A DNA stretch of 64,000 nucleotides from Bacteriovoracia bacterium (GTDB lineage Bacteria > Bdellovibrionota > UBA1018 > JBFWNL01). The stretch covers positions 1-64,000 of the forward strand of contig JBFWNL010000013.1 of NCBI GenBank assembly GCA_050251055.1, in the 5' to 3' direction. The translations under genes and the position numbers were made by a program. Below, piece after piece: positions 40,921 through 49,132 of this stretch (its first letter is position 1; every line of letters starts with the position of its first letter). The notes beneath the pieces were generated by a model. The model was not told where the DNA came from and searched no databases. It saw only the letters and a program-made list of their open reading frames with translations.

Positions 40921-42036
40921 TCAGGGGGAGAGCAGCCTTCTAAGGAGGCAACGAAGGCGGTTAAGCTGAGTGCCGTCGAGCTTGCGATACGAGACCACGA
41001 CGGGATGTGGTTTCGAGCTGCGGACCAACCCTTGGTGAAAAGTTTTTTCCCCAGTGGCCGTGATTTCGTAGGCGGTCAGCTGACCACTGTCCATGCCTAC
41101 CGAGATTGCCGTGTCCAAGTGCACTACTTGTCCGGCGTGAGTTCGGCGAATTTGCCGACTCTCGGTGACCCGGTGGCCCACCGCGATTTCTTTCGCGCCG
41201 TTGGAGCGAAGAATTTCCCTCAGTTTAGCGTCGATTTCGGGCGTGCTGCCGCCGCGGTCGGTGAGGCGTGTGTCTTCCAAGGGACCATCTACTCCCAGGC
41301 CCCAATACGTTTCCGTGGGTGCGGGGAGAATCTTCTGGGCGCGAATTTCACGCGTGGTGTGGTCCTGGTACTCGGAAAAATTCTTCCGAATGCGCGCGTT
41401 CACTTCCCCGATCATGTTCGCCGGCGTCGCGCTTTCTTCCGCCCAGTCGCCGATGCCGGCATGGGCGAAGATCGTGTCGCCGATTTGGATGACAGCGTTG
41501 CGTCCGCGAGCTTCGCGAGCAATTTCGGATTGCTCGACATCGTTCATGGCGAGTAGAAAGGATTGCCGTGCTTCCGGCGCGGGATGGACCGTCGCGAAAC
41601 CCTTGAAGTCGTCGGCATGGGTGTAAAACGTGTCGCCCGTTGCGAGCATAAACTCATGGTTTCCCAGCAGCCGGTGCACATGGCCTCCCGCCGCCTCGGC
41701 CTGGCGGCTGAGTCCGATGAGATACTGGAGGATGATGCGCGAGTCGGGGCCGCGATCGACGAGATCGCCCGTTAAAACCAAGTGCGCGTCGCCGCCGATC
41801 CAGTTCCCCGCTTTGTCGATGAGCTTCGTCTGCGTGAGGATGTCGAGCAGGGCGTTGGCGTCGCCGTGGAGATCGCCAATCGCGACCACGCGGGAGTTGC
41901 GAGCAAACTTCCAAGCCACGCCGTCGGGCGCGGTGGTGGGACCGGGTGGGTTCGCGCGCGCGCTAAAAAAAACGCCTGGGAGCGCAATCAAGCACGCAAG
42001 TACCCCCCCGCAAAGGATTGGCGAGAAAAACCTCAT
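40921..42036 (-). CDS. Secreted metallophosphoesterase (Shewanella-like phosphatase)
   Basis: GDLHG, GDLVDRG, GNHE, HAG, VGH, LDTAIS; signal peptide from ATG 42036. Confidence 0.88.
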   Translation of the reverse strand: MRFFSPILCGGVLACLIALPGVFFSARANPPGPTTAPDGVAWKFARNSRVVAIGDLHGDANALLDILTQTKLIDKAGNWIGGDAHLVLTGDLVDRGPDSRIILQYLIGLSRQAEAAGGHVHRLLGNHEFMLATGDTFYTHADDFKGFATVHPAPEARQSFLLAMNDVEQSEIAREARGRNAVIQIGDTIFAHAGIGDWAEESATPANMIGEVNARIRKNFSEYQDHTTREIRAQKILPAPTETYWGLGVDGPLEDTRLTDRGGSTPEIDAKLREILRSNGAKEIAVGHRVTESRQIRRTHAGQVVHLDTAISVGMDSGQLTAYEITATGEKTFHQGLVRSSKPHPVVVSYRKLDGTQLNRLRCLLRRLLSP

Positions 42037-42381
42037 CTGATTCTCTTCGGTTGAACTCTCCCAAAAGACGCGGCTAGACATGGGATTCGGGATTTTGAGT
42101 TTTATGATGCGATGAGTTATTCGCTGCGATGCGTTTTGTTTTTGTAATTGAATGGAAATTTGGCTCAAAAAAATGATTCACTCCGTTAAAAAAATTTTGA
42201 CATCTGCGTTGGCGCGGCCTATTTACCCGGCGCATCTAGTTATCTTGTGGGGTGTAAGAACAAGGTAGCTGGGGGGAATTTTCAGCCAAATTTTAGCTTC
42301 GTGACCCGGGTCCTTGGGGGGCTTGGGTGCACGTGAACTCAATGGGGAGTTCATCGGCTGGGGATTACAAATTAGGGGGTA

Positions 42382-45051
42382 GTGATGCTCTTGTGGGGGG
42401 GGACCCGCCAGGGTCTCGTGGTCCGTTGGATCGCGTTTCTTTTTGTCATTGGGTACTTAGCCTTTTTCGCACCGTTCGCGGGCGCCGGTCCTGCCGATTT
42501 AGCCAGGCTGCTGCGTTCTAGCGTTGGCCGCTTTCTGATCGCAGAAACCGAGGTCGGCTCCCAGATCACCACCCGCTTGTTAGGTCGCGGTCTCCAGGCC
42601 GGCGAAGACGCCGGCCTCCTGCTGCGTCGCCTGGAGCTTCCCGAGTACCAAAATGTAGCGAGTCGGCTTGAGCGTAAACTCGTGACGCTGCAGCGTCGCT
42701 TTTTACAGACTTTCCCTGCGGAAGCCGAGGCCTTTGGCGCCGGAGCGGGCGCCGCGCGCGCGCTTTCGGCCGAGCAGCGGGCGTTGCTGGGTCGGCTCGT
42801 TTCCGAAGAGCTGCAAGCTGATTTCTTGTTTTTCAATTCAACCGCCCGCGGAACTTACGGGGCCACCCGCCGTACGATCGAGCGCATGGTCGAAGCAGGC
42901 GATAACACCGCGGCGGGCGCCGCGCGCGCGCCGATGCGGCGTTATCCGTTGGGCGTCGATCCCGTTAAGCAAGCCGACTGGGCGTTGCGCTTTGGATTTG
43001 AATCCGAATACGCCGTTTCCGAGTCCGGCAAGCTCTTAAGCGTTTACGGTCCCGCGCCGGAGTTTGGCATTTCGGCCGAACAGTGGCTCACGGTGTTCAC
43101 CGAGGAGCAGCGGCTGAACTGGGTGCGCGAAAATCTGACCCGGCTTTTTCCCACCACGCGTGAACCGGGTAAGCTCGTCAAGCTCACGACCGACGCCCAG
43201 TGGGGCTTCTTGCCGGATCAGCTGATCAAGGACGCCACGGGCAACCTGGAAATCGTGCTTCGGCCCTTCAATACACTCGAAGACTGGCAGGCGGCGGTGA
43301 CCCGCATCAATGAAAGCTTCGGCGCCGGATCCATGCAGGCGACGATTGGTTGCCCGAGTAACGCTTTCTTCGGTCGCGTCGCCGGTCAAACGATGGAAGC
43401 CGCTTATCAGGAAAATATTGGTTTTTTCAGCCTGATGAATGATCTCGACAGTCTCGAGAAGCTCGAGCTGGGCGCCGAGCGTTTCGCGGCGGATGCATCG
43501 AAAGAAGCCGCGCGTAGCTTTAATCACCCGTTCCTGGGGCCCATGACCCGATTGAAGCAAGAAAAGCTGATGCGCTACCTGCAAGAGAACGCCGCCGATC
43601 GCATGTTCGACGCGGGATCGCTCGGGCACGTGCGCGGTAACGACGCTTCGTTCAAGTATGTCGGTGGAACCGTGTACCGGCCCGATTTGGACGCGCCTTT
43701 TCAGATCGTTTTCGAGGTGCGCGATGCGCACACGAACATGCCGGCCCTGGTGGATCGATTGCTACGCGTGACGTTCTATCTACAGCATGGCCGTGCGCCA
43801 TTTGCGGGCGCGGCTCACTTACGGGCGTTTGACTCTATCGCTGACTTCGCCCTGTTCAGCCCTCGGGTGCAGGAGCTGCTGCGAACCACGTTCCCGGCGA
43901 AGCTACAGGCCGGAGCCACCTACACCGCCGAGGAGACGCTGGCCGTGGAAGTGTTCCGTAATTTCGCTTTTCCCATGAAGAACTGGGGAGCGGAGCTTGA
44001 GTTCATCGGTGCGGCGGGCTTACGCGAGCAGGTCGTGGCTGCCCAGCAGGCATACGTGGCTAAGTTAGAAGCCGTGGCGGCGGAAGTCGCCGCGGGCACG
44101 ATGACCCGTGCCCAGGCTTCGCTCAAGATTCAAGGCAGCGTGGCGGAGTTTGCCGCGGAAAGCGGTTTGCCTTCGGCCATGCGCCGCTGGCAGGGCCGCA
44201 ACTTGCTCTCCGATCCGACTTGGCGGAAGTACATGAACCTGGCCGTCCAAGAGCTGGGACCCCTGCGGGAAGCCTTTCCGAAGACGGTTTGGGAAGGTGC
44301 TTTGGAAACGCGCTTGTCCCGGTTTGTCGCTAAGTGGCCGGAGCACGCTCAGCTCGTGGACGATGTCCGCTTCAGCTTCCAGGCGGCCCCGGGCGCGGAA
44401 ACCATCACCTCTAGCCGAAAGGTGCTGGTGATTTCCACGGCCGGTCTGACTCCGGAGCAGGCGGCGCAGATTGGAAAAGAATACGCCGAGTGCATGGCGC
44501 GCGGGACGGTGTCGTTTCCGCTGGGCGAGGCCGGTGGGCATCTCTATACGCGTCTAGGCACCAACGTTTACGCTTCGTACGGCTCTTTCACGGAAAGCGC
44601 CTACGCGATGGGTGGCCGGCGGCTGGAAGCCGTGGTGGCGCTCAATCCGCAAGAAGAGATCAAGCTGCGCTACTACGTCGAGAACGCGAAGAAGAACCGC
44701 GATGCCGTGGTGGGAAGCACCGACTACTACGGAACGGGCGCGGCCGTCGGCAACGTTGAAGGCAAGCTGACGAGCAATCGCGTGGTGGGGCAAGGCGGGC
44801 ACAACTGCACGAGCTGGATGTGCACGGCACCCATCGGCCAGAACGGACAGAAGCTGTTGGAGCTCGCGGGCGCGGGCATTCCGATGGAAGTGCATACGAA
44901 TCCCGGCTGGTGGTCGTATTACCTGACGGGCGCGGCGAAGGCCGAGCGCTTGCCGGTGGTTTCGTTCTGGACCGAGCAATCGCTGGCGGACGCGCAGACG
45001 ATGGTGCGGTCGGGACAGGCGTTCCCGAACTGGAACTTCGGGTTGCACTGA
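42382..45051 (+). CDS. Large exported protein; amidoligase-like centre plus papain-like C-terminus
   Basis: Signal-like segment; FGFESEY, D.TGNLEIV..P, FEVR; C-terminal HLY...HNCTSW; start uncertain. Confidence 0.55.
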   Translation: MMLLWGGTRQGLVVRWIAFLFVIGYLAFFAPFAGAGPADLARLLRSSVGRFLIAETEVGSQITTRLLGRGLQAGEDAGLLLRRLELPEYQNVASRLERKLVTLQRRFLQTFPAEAEAFGAGAGAARALSAEQRALLGRLVSEELQADFLFFNSTARGTYGATRRTIERMVEAGDNTAAGAARAPMRRYPLGVDPVKQADWALRFGFESEYAVSESGKLLSVYGPAPEFGISAEQWLTVFTEEQRLNWVRENLTRLFPTTREPGKLVKLTTDAQWGFLPDQLIKDATGNLEIVLRPFNTLEDWQAAVTRINESFGAGSMQATIGCPSNAFFGRVAGQTMEAAYQENIGFFSLMNDLDSLEKLELGAERFAADASKEAARSFNHPFLGPMTRLKQEKLMRYLQENAADRMFDAGSLGHVRGNDASFKYVGGTVYRPDLDAPFQIVFEVRDAHTNMPALVDRLLRVTFYLQHGRAPFAGAAHLRAFDSIADFALFSPRVQELLRTTFPAKLQAGATYTAEETLAVEVFRNFAFPMKNWGAELEFIGAAGLREQVVAAQQAYVAKLEAVAAEVAAGTMTRAQASLKIQGSVAEFAAESGLPSAMRRWQGRNLLSDPTWRKYMNLAVQELGPLREAFPKTVWEGALETRLSRFVAKWPEHAQLVDDVRFSFQAAPGAETITSSRKVLVISTAGLTPEQAAQIGKEYAECMARGTVSFPLGEAGGHLYTRLGTNVYASYGSFTESAYAMGGRRLEAVVALNPQEEIKLRYYVENAKKNRDAVVGSTDYYGTGAAVGNVEGKLTSNRVVGQGGHNCTSWMCTAPIGQNGQKLLELAGAGIPMEVHTNPGWWSYYLTGAAKAERLPVVSFWTEQSLADAQTMVRSGQAFPNWNFGLH

Positions 45052-45064
45052 GGTCGAGGGAATC

Positions 45065-46747
45065 ATGCGAAAAGCGTTTTGGAGCATCGTTCCCTTTGTG
45101 GTTTTCCTGGTGGGTGGCGGCGTAGGAGCGGCCTACTACTCCCAGGAGCCTGGCTACGATCGGGTGATTTCGCGAGTGAAGCTCTGGACGGCGGGCGCGG
45201 ATTCCCTGGGAGCGAACGCCCCCGACGCGGTTGCTATCCGCGACGGGAGAGTCGCACGCCTGGGCCGGAGCGCTGAGCTCGAAGCGCTTTGCGTGAATCC
45301 CTGCGTGGTGGAGGCGCGTCCCGGCGAATTCTTGATGCCGGGATTGCACGATGCGCACGCGCATCCCATGTCCGGCGGCGCAGGTTTCTTTCGGGCGCAG
45401 GTTTCGGGCTCGGATGTGGAGCAGATCGTGCGCGCCATCCGCGAGTACGCGGTTCGAAACCCGGGGCTTGCTTGGATTCGCGGCCGCGGCTGGTCAGCGG
45501 CCGGATTTGGCGACCGCCTGCCGACGCGCCAAGATTTGGATCGCGCGGAGGTGCGCCGGCCGATCGTGCTCTCCGATAGTGATGGCCATTCGACCTGGGT
45601 GAACACGGCGGCTTTAACCGCCGCGGGCGTGACTCGTGAAACGAAAGACCCCGAAGGCGGCAAGATCGTGCGTGACGGGCGGGGGGAGCCGACCGGCGTG
45701 TTTTTAGAGAACGCCTCGGCCCTGATTTACGACAAGATACCGCCCGCGACCGATGAAATGTTGCGCACCTATATTTTGAAAGGCCAAGAAGTAGGCGTGG
45801 CCGCCGGCTACACGGCGTTTCAAGGGGGGCCGGTATCGCTCGACGCGGCTCGGGTCTACCGCGAGCTGGATCGCGAGGGAAAGCTCTTGCAGCGAGCCTT
45901 TCTTTGGGCCGATCTGGAAGCATCGGACGAGGATTTCGAGAAATGGCTGGCTTTTGCGCGCGAGCTTCCTGCCGAGGGGCGCGTCCAACTGACGGCCTTC
46001 AAGGGCTTTGTCGACGGCGTGGTGACCACTTACACGGCGGCGCTCGTGGACCCTTACGCCGACAAGGCGGATACGCGCGGAGAACCCGCATTGCGGGCGG
46101 ATCGCCTGCACGAGCTAGTGCTGCGCGCGAACCGCGCCGGATATCCGGCGGCCTTGCACGCGATTGGCGACCAGGGTGTACGCATGTCGCTCGATGCGTT
46201 CGCCGCCGCCCGGCGGATACTGGGAGAAAATCACGCGCTGCGGGGCATGAATCGCGTGGAACACATCGAGGTCGTACATCCCGCCGATATTCCGCGGTTC
46301 GGTGAGTTGAATGTGGTTGCCTCCATGCAGCCCACGCATATGCATTTTGGATCAATGGGAAGTTTCTATTATCGCCCCCGGCTGGGCGAGGCACGGCTTC
46401 CCTATGTTTTCGCCTGGAACCAGCTCGTGAAAGGCGGCGCGCTATTGAACTTCGGAACCGACTATCCCGTCGTGGATCAAGATCCCATCGAAGGGATTTA
46501 CTGCGCGATCCAGCGGCGGTTCGGCAATGGCAATGAGTTCGAGCCGCGGAACAAGGTCGATCCTGAAACGGCCCTGCGCGCCTACACGCAGTTTCCGGCC
46601 GAATCGATCGGCTGGGGCGGCCGCTTGGGTGAAATCAAGGTCGGGCAATGGGCGGATCTTGTCGCCTTCGCCCGCGACCCTCGGACGGGCAGTCAATCCC
46701 TTTCCGACAACCCCCCGCTTCGGCGTTGGGTGGGTTGGATCAAATAG
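45065..46747 (+). CDS. Amidohydrolase 3 (YtcJ-like), exported
   Basis: PGLHDAHAH, GHSTWVNT.AL, PTGVFLE, K.FVDG, HAIGD, RVEH, MQPTH, GTDYPV, G..ADLV. Confidence 0.92.
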   Translation: MRKAFWSIVPFVVFLVGGGVGAAYYSQEPGYDRVISRVKLWTAGADSLGANAPDAVAIRDGRVARLGRSAELEALCVNPCVVEARPGEFLMPGLHDAHAHPMSGGAGFFRAQVSGSDVEQIVRAIREYAVRNPGLAWIRGRGWSAAGFGDRLPTRQDLDRAEVRRPIVLSDSDGHSTWVNTAALTAAGVTRETKDPEGGKIVRDGRGEPTGVFLENASALIYDKIPPATDEMLRTYILKGQEVGVAAGYTAFQGGPVSLDAARVYRELDREGKLLQRAFLWADLEASDEDFEKWLAFARELPAEGRVQLTAFKGFVDGVVTTYTAALVDPYADKADTRGEPALRADRLHELVLRANRAGYPAALHAIGDQGVRMSLDAFAAARRILGENHALRGMNRVEHIEVVHPADIPRFGELNVVASMQPTHMHFGSMGSFYYRPRLGEARLPYVFAWNQLVKGGALLNFGTDYPVVDQDPIEGIYCAIQRRFGNGNEFEPRNKVDPETALRAYTQFPAESIGWGGRLGEIKVGQWADLVAFARDPRTGSQSLSDNPPLRRWVGWIK

Positions 46748-46758
46748 ACGGAGTGGTA

Positions 46759-47760
46759 ATGATGAAGAAATGGATCGGTAGTTTCGGGATTGGGTTGGCG
46801 CTGTTAGCTTCCGCGGACGATCGGATCGTGCCGATCAATGAAATCTTCGAACCGCCGCCTCCGATCGACATCAATTATGCCAAGGTCGCGGTTTTGCAGT
46901 GGGCCGGAGCTCCCACCCCGGTGGAGGTTACCCCGGAGGTAGCCGAAGCCTTCAAGCAAAGCAATCGCGACGCGATTGCCCGCTACGTACGAGAAGCCGC
47001 AGGTAAGGGGGCGGAATGGGTGGTGACCCCGGAGTTTTCGATCGTGGGATACCCAGATATCCCCGACGTGCCGCCGGAAGAAGATGAATTCCGCAATCGC
47101 GAGGACATCCGGCCCTACGTCGAGACGGTGCCGGGACCTTCGACGGACTTTTTTGGCGCGCTAGCCCGGGAGCTAAAGGTAGTCATTCATATCGGGCTAG
47201 CGGAAGTAGATCCCGTCACCGACCAGTATTTCAATACGGTGGTCGCTTTGGGGAAAGACGGCGCGATCCTCGCGAAGTACCGGAAAATCAATCTTTATCA
47301 GGGGGAAACGAAATTTCTCTCGCGCGGAACTGAGATCGCCACCTACGACGGCGAATTCGGTAAGGTGGCGATCATTATATGCGCGGACGTATATTCATTG
47401 GACCCGATGTCCAAGTATCGTGCCTTGGGTGCGAAGATTTACGCGCTCAGCACCTCTTGGGCGCAGATGAACACGGGGATGGGGCACTTTACCCGGGCGG
47501 CCCGATCCGCGAGCGCTTACCTGCTCGCCGCGAACCAGATTTATTTTCCCGATTCGGGCGTGATCAATCCGGACGGCAGCACGCAGTCGCATATTCGGCA
47601 GAGCTCAGGATTGGCATATGGGTATTTACCGCGGGTAAAGCCCGTGGAACCATCGCCGGTACCCCCGGTAGGTCCGCCGGCCCCTCCGGTGGATCCGACA
47701 CCAAAACCGACTCCAGACGGGGCTGAAATTCCAAAGAACGCCGGACCTAAGAAAGATTAA
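46759..47760 (+). CDS. Exported carbon-nitrogen hydrolase (nitrilase superfamily)
   Basis: E-K-C triad TPEF / YRKINL / ICAD; signal peptide; Pro-rich tail. Confidence 0.88.
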   Translation: MMKKWIGSFGIGLALLASADDRIVPINEIFEPPPPIDINYAKVAVLQWAGAPTPVEVTPEVAEAFKQSNRDAIARYVREAAGKGAEWVVTPEFSIVGYPDIPDVPPEEDEFRNREDIRPYVETVPGPSTDFFGALARELKVVIHIGLAEVDPVTDQYFNTVVALGKDGAILAKYRKINLYQGETKFLSRGTEIATYDGEFGKVAIIICADVYSLDPMSKYRALGAKIYALSTSWAQMNTGMGHFTRAARSASAYLLAANQIYFPDSGVINPDGSTQSHIRQSSGLAYGYLPRVKPVEPSPVPPVGPPAPPVDPTPKPTPDGAEIPKNAGPKKD

Positions 47761-47857
47761 GTGCGGATTTAAGTGGCCTCACTTATTTTTTGGAGTCAGT
47801 TCGCCGTTTTTCTAATTTTAATTCGTTCCTGAGTTGGGTGAATGGTACGGTGCGACG

Positions 47858-49078
47858 ATGAAAAGTCGCACGCAGATTTTATCGGGGTTTTTGTTCGTGG
47901 CGGTACTCGGGGTTGCGCAAGTCGGCTGCAACACCCGAGACAAAGAGATCTTTTATGAGTTCAACGGCGTCTTCGATTCGAAGCTCAATTTCGAAGCGGG
48001 GCCGTTCGGGTTTGCTTGCCCGCTTCAAGATACTTCAGGGTATGCGCTTTACAAAGCCCCGGTGCAAGCCGACGGTAGCCCGGATTTTCGGAAGGCCACC
48101 GCGCTGCTCGAGCAGACCGGCACCGTGGTCGCGCCGAACACCCCGGACTTCTCGGTCGAGTTGGGAAATCCGGAGCTGATTTCGGAAAAACTCCGTTACC
48201 TCAAAACTTCGATGAAATTCACCTATACACAGGTGGGCGCGAATTTCAATCGGTTCCGCGTCGGGTCCGTGGCGTTCGAATGCGAATTGAAAGGTGGCCT
48301 GCCGATGACCGCCACCGTGACTTGCGTGCTACCGATGCACAACGCGCCGATGGTCACGGCCGCAGAAATCGACGCCACCCTGCCCGCAGGCAAGAAACTG
48401 CCGGCGATCACTTACACGGATGCCGGAGGGAAGCGGGTAGCGGGCAAGCTGGTGAATGGCTGTTACTTCGAGATGAATTCTGAAACCATGGGCATGGGCG
48501 GTTCCGGTTTCAGCTACGAGGCTAAAGGTTTCCTGAAGCTCGCGGCGAACTACGATCCGCCCGCTTCGGAAGATCCGACGCCGCCCGCACCGCCGGCTCC
48601 TCCGGCACCACCTACGCCACCGGCACCACCTACGCCACCGGCACCACCTACGCCACCGGTACCACCGGTGGAAGACAAGCGGACCATCGCGGAAGTCTGC
48701 GCTGCGGCTTTTCGGTTGGACGAGCGGCAGAGGAAGACTTGCGAGAAGTCGGCCCTCAGCCCGGGCAACGTACAAGCTTGCGTGAGCGCATTTTCATTCG
48801 ACGACGACCAACGCTTGGCCTGCATCCAAAAGCGGATGCCGGACGAAAAAGTGACAGCCTGCGCTAGCGCGTTCAGCTTCGACGGGAAACAGAAACTGAG
48901 TTGCCTGGATCAGGCCAAGTCGGTGGATATCTTGAATGGTTGCGTGAAGCTTTTCTACATCGACATGGATTATCGCCTGCGGTGCGCGGCTACCGCCAAG
49001 TCGCTAGAGGCGATCGTGCGTTGCCAGCAACTGTTTCCGATGCAGGACGAACAAACACTGAAGTGCGTGAAACAGTAA
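47858..49078 (+). CDS. Lipoprotein with Pro-rich linker and Cys-paired helical repeats
   Basis: Lipobox QVGC; PPAPPTP linker; five C...F..D...L.C repeats. Confidence 0.7.
   Translation: MKSRTQILSGFLFVAVLGVAQVGCNTRDKEIFYEFNGVFDSKLNFEAGPFGFACPLQDTSGYALYKAPVQADGSPDFRKATALLEQTGTVVAPNTPDFSVELGNPELISEKLRYLKTSMKFTYTQVGANFNRFRVGSVAFECELKGGLPMTATVTCVLPMHNAPMVTAAEIDATLPAGKKLPAITYTDAGGKRVAGKLVNGCYFEMNSETMGMGGSGFSYEAKGFLKLAANYDPPASEDPTPPAPPAPPAPPTPPAPPTPPAPPTPPVPPVEDKRTIAEVCAAAFRLDERQRKTCEKSALSPGNVQACVSAFSFDDDQRLACIQKRMPDEKVTACASAFSFDGKQKLSCLDQAKSVDILNGCVKLFYIDMDYRLRCAATAKSLEAIVRCQQLFPMQDEQTLKCVKQ
48602..48655 (+). repeat. 18-bp coding tandem repeat x3 (PAPPTP)
   Basis: CCGGCACCACCTACGCCA at 48602, 48620, 48638. 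Confidence 0.9.
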
Positions 49079-49087
49079 TTCACGCAT

Positions 49088-49132
49088 CCTTAAATTCTAT
49101 CGTTTTAAAATCTATCGCCTTAAACTTTATCG
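49088..49132. repeat. Imperfect 15-bp tandem repeat x3
   Basis: CCTTAAATTCTATCG / TTTTAAAATCTATCG / CCTTAAACTTTATCG; last copy overlaps the dnaE2 stop. Confidence 0.75.

Noticed and set aside
48575-49132. CRISPR array
   Set aside because: Repeats are contiguous with no spacers, one set is coding, and there are no cas genes
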